Shown in pieces: positions 24,872 through 36,869 of a stretch of 64,000 nt of DNA; position 1 is the first letter of the stretch; the number at the start of each line of letters is the position of its first letter. The notes under the pieces were generated by a model. That model was not told where the DNA came from and did not search any database. It saw only the letters and a program-made list of their open reading frames with translations. This DNA comes from Eledone cirrhosa (lineage: Eukaryota), in assembly GCA_964016885.1 (NCBI GenBank), contig OZ024742.1:222580001-222644000 (forward strand), written 5' to 3'. A program made the position numbers and the translations under genes.

Positions 24872-25091
24872 GGGCGGTGGATTGGCAGTATCGGTAGAGA
24901 GTCAGACGCCAAGCTCTGCAGCATAGAGTTACGGCCCTTTATGATCTGAGTTCAAATCCCGCCGAGGTTAACTTTGCCTTTCATCCTTATGGGGTCGATA
25001 AAATAAAGTACCAGTCACGCACTGAGGTCGATTTAATCGACTTTCCCCTCTCCCCAAAAAAATCGCTGGCCTTGTGCCTATATAAGAAACC
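24872..25091 (+). mobile_element. Full-length tRNA-derived SINE (family 1) with 19-bp target-site duplication
   Basis: GGGCGGTGGATTGGCAGTATCGGTAG A-box region, GAGTTCAAATCCC B-box, conserved core GAGGTTAACTTTGCCTTTCATCCTTATGGGGTCGATAAAATAAAGTACCAG; TSD AATATATTATATGTATATA at 24853-24871 and 25092-25110. Confidence 0.9.
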
Positions 25092-25489
25092 AATATATTA
25101 TATGTATATATATATATATATAATTATAATATGTGTATATATATATATATATATATATTATGCACCCTGGGTGGTCATATTAGTTCTACAACAAGAAGCA
25201 CTCAGTCCATCTTGTAACATGGTAGTGCTAGTGGCATGACAAAAAGCTTTCAGTGCTCACTGTAAAGTGGTTGGTGTTAGGAAGGACATCCAGCCATAGA
25301 TAACCAAGCCAAAATCAGAATGTATGAGCAAGATGTTGTCACCTGACTAGTCTAACCTCATAACATGACGGTCTGTCTAGCCCATACAAACATGGAAAAT
25401 AGACATTAAACAGTGATGATGATACTCCCGTAGAAAATGGACCAATAGGCCATATTTATTTGTGTATAAATCAACCATTTATCTGACAT

Positions 25490-26110
25490 TTCCTCATGAG
25501 TAAGTCACACCTTCATATCATATACACTCATGCATATCTCACACCTTTATACGATATATACTCATATATAAATCACACGTTTTTGCCATATATGTCACAC
25601 CATTTTATTGTATATACTCATGTATAAGTTGCCCAAATATATGTATATATCAGTGTATATTTATTCCGTATGTACTCATGTATAAATCGCACCTTTATAT
25701 TCATATATGATATACATTATTATACTGTATACACTCATGTCTAAGTTGCACCTTTATAGTACATATACACATATATAGGTCACACCTTTATATACCTGTG
25801 TATAAGTTGCCCCTTTATACTCTTTATATGTTTATGTATAAATTGCACCCTTATACTGCATACCCTCTTGTATATGTCACACTTTTTTTATCCATATGTA
25901 CTCATGTATAAAGCCCACCTTTTTACTATGAAAATATAACAAAAATCAGGATGTGATCGACTTCTCTATTATATCTACAAAACCCCAATTTAAGTACTGA
26001 GTCAAGCATGTTGTATATAAAAGGCTGGTGTGACTTATCTACTGAACCTACAAGTATTGAGCCAAGAATATTGTATGTAAAATTGAGGTGCCACTTGCAC
26101 ATGAGTAAAT
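25490..26110. mobile_element. pogo/mariner-like MITE whose left terminal repeat has expanded into a ~30-36-bp tandem array
   Basis: About a dozen TATACTCATGTATAAGT(C/T)(A/G)CACC units, then inverted copies GGTGTGACTTAT (~26027) and GGTGCCACTTGCACATGAGTAAATACAG (~26087-26113). Confidence 0.6.
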
Positions 26111-27000
26111 ACAGAAAATTGTTTTAAAATGTTAAACTAAGCATCATGTATAATTAGAATGAATTAGATATAATAATCATAAAAAATACTTTAATGAAAT
26201 ATATTTGTGTGATTTATCTTTTCATCAAACAATTATTTTTTAACAGATATTTTGCTGATTCCCTACTTAAATATCTTAATTTCTGTGATCCTTTTTCAGT
26301 TGCTCAATCTTGCCAGGATTTCTTTTAAATATCAAATAAATATATATTAGTAATGAGTAATAGAATTTAAAAATAAATTTATCTTTTGCACACACACTCA
26401 CACACATATTTATATTAAATATTTACAAATTCATTGATCAAAAGTTTAAATTTCGAATGAAAAATAAACTTATTTTCAATTTGTTTTAGATTTTGGGTAA
26501 GACCTGCAAGCACAACACTTCTAGGCAGCTTACGTAACTTATATATATATATATATATCTTATATAACACACACAGACACAAATATACAAAGTGTCCCAA
26601 AAAGATGTATGCACTAAAAATCTTTTAAAAATGCATTAAAATAAATTCTGTTTTATACGCATTATTTAAATCATGTAAACATTTTTGGGTGTTTACATAC
26701 AATTGAATTATATCTGTAGATGATTTTATTTTTGGGAAAGGCAGTGCATTCTAATAAATATTGCTTGTACAGGTAATGAAACTGTGTATACATTTTTTGG
26801 ACACACACACACACATATATATATATATAATGTGTAGTCCTTCCAATGTAAATAATTATAATAATAGTCATTTATATTGGGACTACAGTTCAAATATATA
26901 TATATATATACTGTAGTAAAAGTTAGGTGGAAATATCCAAGGGTAAGAGCACTCAGTCCATAGGACGAGTTTAGTATAAATAATTACAACACTGACATAA

Positions 27001-27050
27001 ACAGGTACTCAAGTTTCGTTGGGTTCTGGGCCCCAACTCATTTAGCCTGT
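27001..27050 (-). ncRNA. Type I hammerhead ribozyme variant (left arm of inverted repeat 26980-27194)
   Basis: ACAGG CUAAAUGA GUUGGG gcccagaa CCCAAC GAAAC uuga GUA CCUGU: perfect stems I and II, GUA cleavage triplet; core has G5A and one extra nucleotide. Confidence 0.65.
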
Positions 27051-27122
27051 CATCAAAATAAGTAGACATTAAAAACTTCAGAGCCTCTGATAGAGTTTTC
27101 GTCCTATCTGATAAAACCCATG

Positions 27123-27173
27123 ACAGAACTGAATGAGTTGGGGCCCAGAACCCAACGAAACTTGAGTACCTGT
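27123..27173 (+). ncRNA. Type I hammerhead ribozyme variant (right arm of inverted repeat 26980-27194)
   Basis: ACAGaa CUGAAUGA GUUGGG gcccagaa CCCAAC GAAAC uuga GUA CCUGU. Confidence 0.7.
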
Positions 27174-27504
27174 TTATGTCACTGTTGTAATTATATATAT
27201 TCACACGTAATAACTATATTATCATCGGTTACCATTTGGTTTCAAATATGAGCAAATCCATTTATTTGACATAATATATCTCCATATCTGTTCAATATGA
27301 AGCTAGACAGTAACCAATATAATGCTGTGTTATATCATGACTATGTAAATATATAAATATATAAGTATATTTAGTTCTTCAAGTGATATAGAGCTCTCTC
27401 AACACATTAATTATTACACTATACACGCCTATATATAGTTTGGTATAAACATATAAATTTATCAATTTTAATTCAGTTTAAATTTAAGAATATATATATA
27501 TATT

Positions 27505-27795
27505 CATCATCATCATCATCGTTTAATGTCCATCTTCCACGCTTGCATGGGTTTGGACAGGAATTTTCCCACTTGAGGCAAGATTGGTTGACTTGCTCAT
27601 ATAGGACTGTCTGGCGGGTTTTCTACGGCTGGATGCCCTTCCTAACACCAACCACGTTTACAGTGTGGACTGGGAGGTTTTTACCATGTTACCTACACGG
27701 CCACATTACAGCTGTGGACTGGGGACTGTGTTTTTTTTTTGTTGTGACACCTACACGACCTCATTTGTTTCGGCCTGGATGTTGTGGTACCAATT
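27505..27795 (-). mobile_element. Solo 3' UTR of the young RTE family
   Basis: Matches 773-1045 with the (ATC)n tail. Confidence 0.85.
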
Positions 27796-28158
27796 ACTAT
27801 TTGCAACGAGATATTTAATTAAATTTATTTAATTAAATCAATGTGTTCTAAAATGCATAATTGTATCATTTTATAAAATATATATAAATTCATATGATTT
27901 TATTAATTGCAAATTTTTCTAGTGCTTAATTCCACATTTCACCAAGAGTTGATTCAATAACAGGGATAGTAATGATAGTGACTGATAAAGTAAATAATAA
28001 TAATAATAATAACAACAATAATAATTTCTGGCTGACCTCAGCAAAAGGCTACAAATTGAGAAGGGATGTAACTGATTATATATATGTGTATATATATGCA
28101 TGTGTGTGTATAATAAAAACAATAATAAAGGCCCCCTTCGGTCATTTTGTTTCTTGTG

Positions 28159-28346
28159 TTAACTCTTTAGCATTTACATTACTCTATATTTACCTAACAT
28201 AATATCTAATCTATGAAATTTTGATATTATCTATTTTGAGAACAATACCTTAAAGTCGGTACGAGGGGCCAGTTATGACCAGTTTGAACAAAAAGAGGTG
28301 AGAGAATTCTGGCCGGATATGGCCAGTTTAAATGCTAAAGGGTTAA
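28159..28346. mobile_element. piggyBac-like MITE family B
   Basis: TTAA-CTCTTTAGCATTTA ... TAAATGCTAAAGGG-TTAA. Confidence 0.8.
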
Positions 28347-28646
28347 GGTTTGTTCTAATGTTGAATGTGAATTGTGTTGTTTTATTGGATATTAATCTTG
28401 TAGATTATGTTGAGTGAGTTGTTTTGTCTTGTTTTATTAGTTGCTTGTTGCAAAATATTAACAAAGCAAGACTGATACAGTACACTAACAGGAGTTTATA
28501 CTCTCTACTCCACTTCCACAAAAACAAAAGCACACACATCAAGAAGGTGTTGCATCCGCTGATGCAGTAAAAACTCACACAAAACTGTCAAAATAGTAGT
28601 AAAATTATAATAATGATTTCATTTATTGGCCTCAAGGGCCAACATG

Positions 28647-29006
28647 TAGGGGACAATACAAAGACACAGACAGTGGGGGGTTACAATAAGCTCGAGTAAA
28701 AGTGCACAATAGCAAAACCAATTTAACAATGAAAAAATATAAAATAAACTATGTATAAAAATAACAAAATAAATTCCCCAATAGTGGAATTTACTTTAAA
28801 AATAACAATAACAAAATAAAAATAAGAAATTAAAAATAACAAAATAAAAATGACAAAATAAATTCCCCTTTTGGGGAATTTATTTTGTTATTTTTATACA
28901 TAGTTTATCTTATATTTTTTTCATTGTTAAATTGGTTTCGCTATTGTGCATTTTTACTCAAGCTTATTGTAAACCCCCAATGACTGTGTCTTTGTATTGT
29001 CCCCTA
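28647..29006. repeat. Inverted repeat (~135-bp arms), likely an inverted retroelement 3' end
   Basis: TAGGGGACAATACAAAGACACAG... / ...CTGTGTCTTTGTATTGTCCCCTA; beyond the left arm the minus strand reads GGCCCTTGAGGCC AATAAA followed by a short ATT run. Confidence 0.8.
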
Positions 29007-29180
29007 GTAATAATAATAATTTCTTAGAAAGAATCCTTACGATAATAAGTGGTCGGGAAATAATGGAAAAACTCAGACAAATACATAACCAAAAGCCCTG
29101 CACTTACAAATATATACAACATACAGAAAATAATACTGCTAGACACTGCATACACACTACAGAGAGAAATTTCAATACAC

Positions 29181-29539
29181 TAGAATTGTTTTTCAACACC
29201 CTGACATGTATCTGTATATGTGTGTGTGTGTGCATGTGCATATGTGCATACATTTATATGTATGAGTATATAAATATAAACACGCAAACACAACACACAC
29301 TTACAAAAATACACATTCACAGTCATACATTCACACAAACGCACACATATACATACATTTACATAAACACACACATACCATACACTTGCATGCAGTGTAG
29401 CAAATGTAACGCCAACTGCTGTTTTGCTATAGTTTTTTCACCATCCCCTTCCTTCCTTTTACACATACACACATTCACACAAACATACACACACATTGTG
29501 TGACAAACAGACGGAAGTAGCTCAAATTTATATATAGAT
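29181..29539 (-). mobile_element. Microsatellite-rich repeat with a Helitron-like 5' end (second copy at ~41085-41325)
   Basis: Both loci share ATGTATGAGTATATAAATATAAACACGCAAACAC...CATTGTGTGAC...GCTCAAATTTATATA(T/G)AGAT; the minus strand starts A|TC(TA/TC)TATATAAA. Confidence 0.55.
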
Positions 29540-32500
29540 TAGCAATAATGCCAAAATATATAATGCTGCACATACCCAAGGCACACCAAGCTATGCTTGG
29601 CAAAGAATAGAATGCAATGAAAATAAAACAAATGATAACAACAACAATAATAAACATACACAATATGTTATAGTACTACTACTCCACTTTTAATGTTGCT
29701 TAATGCCAGATATTGGTTTGTGATAAGAGATAAAACACTTGAAATGTAATAAATTTTTTTCAATCTGAACACAACTTTTATATCAACCCACACTTGATTT
29801 ATTGACTTTTGGAAACCCTTTTGACAACAACCTAGTCAAATCTGATTCTGGTTCTATGAAACAAAACCACTTATCTTAACACTTTTGCTATCAACCTGCC
29901 CCAAACCATCTCTGGTTCTATGAAATAAAACTACCCATATTTAAATTGCTATCCTAGTAATAAAATAATTAACAATTTTTCATTATTGAAATAGAATGTA
30001 TTTCATTAGAAATATGGTCACAAAAACGTTAGCCTTTTTGATACCAACCTGCTCAAAACCGACTCTGGTTCTATGAAACAAAACCACCCATTCTAAAGAG
30101 TTCCTATTTAAATTAAGATCTTCCAACACAATTTTATATATATATATATAACAAACATATGTTGAGTTAGTCTTAGTAATGAAATAAATAATAACTTCAT
30201 TAATTTATTGAAAAAATATGATCACAAAAAGATTAATGATTCTCTATCAATACAACAGTGGACACAGGCATAACTGAGTGAAAAAGTAGTCTTTGTAAAT
30301 GTTTCTTCTGTTAGAAGAAGCAAAAAGAGCCATGCACAAGTCACGTTCTGTAAAGCAAGTAGCATCTACCTATATCTATCCCTCACGCAGTAGAGAGTGC
30401 CACTCCAACAACAGGAAATGCAATAATCAGGTATGACTAAATCCCTGATGTAGCCATTGTCTCTCAAGACAGAAGGAGGCTGAAAATATATATGATTAAG
30501 TGAATGACCGCCCAATACATGTGAGCAGAGTATAAGTTTTATATAGTACATACTTATAATAAGCAAAGGTTTTCTTTAAAACACACAACACACAAAAAAC
30601 ACACATGCAAGTAAATATATTTTTATCAAAATACTTTCATCAATAATAAACTCTTTATTTTATGGATGACTTAATTTTATGAGCGATGGAGCTTTGGAGA
30701 AACAGAGTAGGTGAACCAACCTATGATAATAGCAACAAGGTATGAAGTATATCAAATTTAGATGGTATTTTTTAGAATCTGCACTAGTGCTCAATAAATT
30801 TTATTTATGTTTTATATACACCTGTTGACATATTTTATAATTTCTATTTTTTTTTTTTTTTTTGTGCAACATTCTTCTTTGATATGTAAAATGATTAACC
30901 CTTTTGATACCAAACCACCTGAGCCTCCCATGATTCTATGTTACAAAGCTATTCGTTTTAAGGTATTTATATTTATCTAAAAACCTTCCACCATAATTTT
31001 ATGATGTTTTAAACTGCTCATACTTATATTAAAACCTTTCATCATAATTTTATGAAAGAAATTTTTGTTAAGCTTTATCCTAAATGCCAGCTTAATAATG
31101 AATAAGTATTGTTATTTTATTAAATTCATTAAACTTTTCTGATAATTTTCAAAATTAATTGCATCAGATTAACATTCGGACGCCATGCTTTGACGCATAG
31201 AGTTACAGCCCTTGCCATTCTGAGTTCAAATCCCGCCGAGGTTAACTTTGCCTTTCATCCTTACGGGGTCGATAAAATAAAGTACCAGTAATGCACTGGG
31301 TAATTGCTGGCCTTGTGCCAAAAGTAGAAACAATTATTAGAAATAGGGTTATTTATGGCATATAGTGAAATTATATAAACCCTTTTGATGCTAAGCCTCT
31401 TGAAACCACCTCAGATTCTACGATACAAAGTTATTTATTTTAAAGTTTTTATATTTATTTAAAAACCTTCTGTCATAATTTTATGGAAGAACTTTAGTTA
31501 AATGATGCTGCAAACACCAGCTTAATAATGAAAAAGTATATTATATTACTAAAATCTTTAACGTTTTTTATACTAACATGACCAAAACCATCTCTGGTTC
31601 TATGAGTTAACCCTTTTGATATCAACCCAACCAAAACTAACTTTGGTTCTATGAAAAAAAAAACATTTTCATAAGGTTCCTATTTAAATTTAAATCTTCC
31701 AATATAATTTAACTTAAGAACCATGTTATGTTACAAAAACGAAATAATTAATAATTTTAGTAAATCTTCCAAATTCTTCATTAAATAATTGAAATACAGT
31801 GAGTATTATAAGAAACATGATGACAAAAAGGTTTGAATTCTTATTTATTTCCCACATTAAATGAATCACAATGGCAGTGTATTTCATAAGAAATATGTTA
31901 ACCAAAAGGGTTAATTAAGTTGTGTAGTGAAGTGTTATTAAATATATATAAAACTGTGTCTTTGCTTTCTATAACTTATTGCACTTATTTCATTCATTCT
32001 ATGTTTGTTTGTATTGAAGAAGCATTCTAATTTATAATTCATACATTTACAGGCTTTGTTTTTATTGGATGTCTTTATGTCTCTCATAAGGGAGAGAACT
32101 TGCTGGAAATACAATAAAACAAAACCACTCATTTTAAAGGGTTCCTTTATTAAATTTAAATCTTCCAACAGAATTTTATATAAGAACCATATGTTAAGTT
32201 ACTATTTTAATAATGAAATAATTAATAACTTTAGTAAATCCCTAAAAATTCCTTATTAGATAATTGAAATAAAGTGAATTTCATTAAAAATATGGTGGTG
32301 AAAGGATTAAGAAACTGTTTCATGTGAAATATGTATCATAAATTTCTAAATTGTCTTACTCAAATTTGTTTCAATATGTATTGATGGAATTAAAAATATT
32401 TCGAGTTAAAATGAATTTGTAACAAAAAAATTTTAATAATTTTTTTTTTAAATTAATTGATTTTTTAGTGATTTTCCCCACCTTCACAACAACAACAAAA

Positions 32501-32584
32501 AAAAAACAGAGAAAAAAACATGCACAAAAGCTTCTCTTTATTGAAAATGGAACTGTGGATTTTTTTTTTTAATGCATACAAGTG

Positions 32585-33140
32585 TTTTAAGGTCATCTTC
32601 CCCGCTAAAGATGGGGTTAGCCTTAGGGGATCCATGATTATATTCTTCATTTTTCCCTATCGCCTGCATCTCCCTGCTCATCAACACCTTGGTTTTCATT
32701 TCCTACACCATCATCTTTCGCATTTATTTCCATCACACCCCTCACCATCACTTTTATTCTTCCTCAACACATGACCCAATCATCTTTTTATATTTCTCTT
32801 TACAACATTCATCATGCCTCTATTCCCATCACCCAGTCACTTCCACCCTTCCTCAACACATGACCCAACCACCTCATTCTATTTCTCTTCTCAACATTCA
32901 TCACTGCCTCTATTTCCATCATCCTCAGCAATTCATTGTTTGTCTTCCTCTTTCTGTGATATCCCACTCATCCACTGAACCAGTCTTCTCTGTTTCTCCA
33001 TGTTTATTACCCATGTTTCCCTCCTATAAACCATGGTACCTCTCGCACATGCAGCATATAGCTTTCCTTTCAGTTTCAGCAAAACTCCTCTCTTCACTAG
33101 CACACCACTCATTTCCCAGAACTTTTTCCATGAACAGTTA
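32585..33140 (-). pseudogene. Decayed RTE 3' fragment
   Basis: Minus strand reads WKKFWEMSGVLVKRGVLLKLKGKLYAACAR and two GHVLR motifs. Confidence 0.7.
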
Positions 33141-33642
33141 ATGAATGAGAAGCATGGAGGCCTAATATGATCATAATTATAAGATGGAAAGCAAAATGAA
33201 CTCAGAGTCTTTGCTACAAATATAAGAGCAAAGTTGTAGCCTAAAGGAGTGTAAAATATTGGAAAAGAATCTGACTTTTATCAGAAAACTGAATTAAGAA
33301 AAGTTTGGTAATTTCCAATGGAGAATTGCCTAATTAATTCTTAACACTTGTAATGATTTAGCAAAAAATGTCTAAAAAGGGATGTTAATTCAAAAGTTTA
33401 ATGTATTGTTATTAGTGTACAAATGTAAAAATTTGTAATATTAGTCTAAAATATTTAATATTTAATATGATGCAGTCAGTTATGCTGAAAATAATGTTGT
33501 GTATATGTGGTTGTTAACTAGATGGAGGCCTGTTAGAGGGACTTTCAGTTTTTGGATAGTGTAGTTAATCTGTTGCACAGCTTAACACCACATAGTTCTT
33601 TTAGCAGAGTCCATGTTGTAAGCATTTTGAGTCAGTCTCCAG

Positions 33643-33850
33643 TACTTCCTATCAGTATCAGATGCCCTGAATAATATTATAGACACTCTCCTTCCTCTTA
33701 CTAATCTTAGGGGCCCTGAAAAGGGTCGTAGATGCTGCCCTTCTTCCTACCAGTCTCAGAGGCCCTAAATAGAATTATAAGTACTGCCCTTCCTCCTACC
33801 AGTTTCAGGGGCTCTGAAAAGGGTCATCAGCGCTGTTCTTCTTCCCACCA
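33643..33850. repeat. Minisatellite, four ~51-bp units in alternating A/B order
   Basis: CTTCCT..TACCAGT.TCAG.GGCCCTGAA followed alternately by TAATATTATA/TAGAATTATA or AAGGGTCGT/AAGGGTCAT. Confidence 0.7.
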
Positions 33851-34794
33851 ATTGTAAAAGCCTTTTAAGTGGCTGCACCTCACAAGTTTCTTGGATGTTT
33901 TGATGATAGGGGCCCCATTTCAGGGGTTAACTTACAGCTGCTGCACCTTGTTACAGCTCGTACCCATGTAAGTTTAGCTTATCTCCTATGAGGTTCCAGT
34001 TCTAACATAAAAAAGACTTCCCTCTGAATCAAAAACCAATATATTTCAGAGGTTAACCCACCAGCTGCTGGTATTTTTTTTTTTTTTTTTTTTTAGCTGA
34101 GTGGACTGGAGTAATATGAAATGAAGGACACAAAATGCCACCCTGGTCCAAGAATCAAACCCATGACCTTATGATCATGTGTCCAACACTCTAACCACTA
34201 AGCCATGCACCTTCACCTTTGACTAAGCCATTTATAGAAAATATAAATAAATTCACACTATTTTACGAACGGAAAAAACTGTTTATATATTTCAAAAGCT
34301 AATAAGTTATAATAAAAGTCTACATGCAAGCTAACTATTAGTATATTAATATAAAGCATGTTCAAATGTCATTTTAAAATGTGTTATGCTAAAACTAAGG
34401 TTATCAATGCTTATGTTGTATATCTTTGGTATTTGTTACCTAGTTGATGAATTAGGAAGAATATGGTGAGTTTGTTCTGATGATAGTGATGATGATGATG
34501 GTGCTATCATATGGCTTATTTGACAGAAAAGATTTAAGTTCCATATGAAAAAAAATATCTTTAAATGGCTTTGATTAAAAAATGCTGCTACTACTACTAC
34601 TATAACACAAAAAGAGAACAAATAATTCTGCTAAGTGTGTATTATAAAATTAGAACAACTGAAAAAAATTGAAAAATACCAAACTTTTAATTATTAAACT
34701 AAATATTAGTTCTATAATAGAACTAACTCCAATTATTATTATTATTATGCTAGTGTAGAAAATGGACGTTTAACGGTGATTATTATTATCATGC

Positions 34795-35100
34795 AAATCC
34801 CGCCGAGGTTAACTTAACCTTTCATCCCTATGGGGTCGATAAAATAAAGCACCAGTAATGCATTGGGATAATTGCTGGCCTTGTGCCAAAAGTAGAAACA
34901 ATTATTATTATCATTATTATTTGGCAGTATCGGTAGAGGGTTGGACGCCATGCTTTGATGCATAGAGTTACGGCCCTTGCCATTCTGAGTTCAAATCCCG
35001 CCAAGGTTAGTTTGCCTTTCATCCTTACGGGGTCGATAAAATAAAGTACCAGTAATGCACTGGGATAATTGCTGGCCTTGTGCCAAAAGTAGAAATAATT
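34795..35100 (+). mobile_element. Two tandem family-1 SINEs (other copies at 31170-31338 +, 35805-35993 -, 40380-40900 + three in tandem, 42700-42860 -, 60690-60820 -)
   Basis: B-box GAGTTCAAATCCCGCC, conserved core and GCTGGCCTTGTGCCAAAAGTAGAAA(ATT)n end. Confidence 0.8.
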
Positions 35101-35385
35101 ATTATAACTATTATTATTAAAAGAACAAAAATAATTTTGCTAAAAGTGTATGAAATAGAATTTGAACTGGAAAATTGAAGTGTAGGATTACAAATTTATT
35201 TTTAAATAAATTTTTTTAAATGTTTGAAAGTTCCATCTAAATTAATTATCATATTTCATAGTGAGGAAGATGTTATTTGTTTTTCTCAAAATAAGTCTGA
35301 AAAATCTACCCTGTATCTTAGAAGCCAAAAATTACATTGTTTTAAAATTACATTGTTTTATGTTAAACTATAAAATATAGCTACT

Positions 35386-35608
35386 TAAAATGGAGGTGCA
35401 TCCAAATTCAGTACATAATTATTCAAATGGATTCAGTTCAGTGTATTCCAAAATACAATTGATGTAATTAATAGATTTCACCCATTTGCTACCAAACTGA
35501 CTAAAACCATCAATCAGTTTGGTAAATTACATCAATTGTATTTCGGAATACATTGAACTGAATCTATTTGAATAAGTATGTACGGGATTTAGACGCACCT
35601 CCATTTTA
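35386..35608. repeat. Inverted repeat (~85-bp arms) with an internal hairpin
   Basis: TAAAATGGAGGTGCATCCAAATT...CAATTGATGTAATT / AATTACATCAATTG...TTTAGACGCACCTCCATTTTA; spacer contains TACCAAACTGA..TCAGTTTGGTA. Confidence 0.8.
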
Positions 35609-36337
35609 CTACTTCAAAATGGGGCTGCTTATTTTGAAATGTTTATCTAAAATCTTGCCATCATAATTTTATGTAAGAACCTTTGTTGTGTTCCAAATAC
35701 CAGCTTAATAGTGTGAAAGTTAGGCATATTGCTAAATCTCTCCAAATTCTTGATTATTTAAAAAAATATTCAAAAATCATAGGCAATGTCTTCCATTAGA
35801 AATATAATTGTTTCTACTTTTGGCACAAGGCCAGCAATTATCCCAGTGCATGACTGGTACTTTATTTTATCAACCCTGTAAGGATGAAAGGCAGAGTTAA
35901 CCTCGGCAGAATTTGAACTCAAACCATAAGGGGCCGTAACTATGCTGCAAAGCATGGCGTCTGACCCTCTACTGATACTGCCAATCCACTGCCCTTTTCA
36001 TTAGAAATATAATTAAAAAAAGAATTAAGAGAAAAAAAACAAAAACAACAACAAAAGATGTTAAATGAGAATGTTTTTTTGTTTAAATAAGTTGATGGCT
36101 TTGCCCTAGCATATCAACACCCTACAGGCTGAAATAGGTTTAAAAAGAGTAAGCTTAAGATACCCAGGTGAAAACTGCCAACTGTACAGGACCTAGAAAA
36201 GGGTAAGAAGTGAGGGGTGCATCAGCTAATACATTGATGCTGGACCAGGGGAATGAAGGATGGGATCCACCAATCGAATTCACATCCCTATGGTCATGAA
36301 CCTACACACTAACCACAAAGCTGTATAGGTGTATGTC

Positions 36338-36370
<33 letters not shown>

Positions 36371-36461
36371 GTATGTAAAGGGTAAACAGAAATAACAACA
36401 CAATCGGTACAGTATATGGAAGGTATATATTAGGTTAACACTTGATATAGCAGGAAGAGGG

Positions 36462-36497
36462 TCTTAACGTTTCGGACGCTAGTCCTTCATCAGAAGA
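36462..36497 (-). ncRNA. Minimal type I hammerhead ribozyme (Penelope type)
   Basis: UCUU CUGAUGA a GGAC uagc GUCC GAAAC GUU AAGA: stem I UCUU/AAGA, stem II GGAC/GUCC, palindromic loopless stem III (AACGUU). Confidence 0.75.
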
Positions 36498-36869
36498 ATG
36501 AGAAATAAAATAGATTGAGGTGACAGGCGGGATGGAATTGGAAAAAATGTCTTTAGATAAAAATAACAGGTCCATTCATATATATATATATATATTCAGC
36601 CTGTTATAAAAATAAAGATGGTCTCCAGTGGTTGAATGTAATTTCTTTGGGGAAGATTATCCAAGAGCTCTTCAAAGGAAGGTAATTTTAAAAATAGCTA
36701 TAAATAGCTATCAATAACCAAAATTATTAGATAGGTTGAAGGGAGGTAACTATTTAAAAAATAATATCAAAAGTAGGGAAATTTATGCTAAGTTAATAAC
36801 TCAAAGAATCCAAATTCCTTGACATACAAATTAGTTGGTAATTCAAAGAAAATATATTGCTTAGTCAGG

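Noticed and set aside
24872-24965. tRNA-like A/B boxes (also 46669-46737)
   Set aside because: These are SINE heads that continue into SINE cores and tails; no complete cloverleaf.
28556-28592. Hammerhead-like CTGATGCAGT...AAAACTGTCA (similar trace at ~39965-39995)
   Set aside because: Core nucleotides are broken on both sides and the stems are unconvincing.
28997-29503. 168-aa His/Thr/Cys-rich ORF and similar ORFs (15400, 17180, 41026, 47805)
   Set aside because: Translations of (CA)n, (TA)n and (CAT)n microsatellites.
30369-30478. Exon-like segment on - (TATTTTCAG acceptor, AG|GTAGAT donor)
   Set aside because: The open frame is phase 0, which does not fit the model, and the peptide is unrecognisable; it may be a UTR exon or chance.
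34440-34503. Possible further BRME1-like exon on - (APSSSSLSSEQTHHILPNSST, donor AG|GTAACA) and a possible terminal exon near 26277-26322 (NPGKIEQLKKDHRN*)
   Set aside because: Phases fit, but the acceptors are weak, the first overlaps a (TCA)n microsatellite and there is no homology support; needs RNA-seq.
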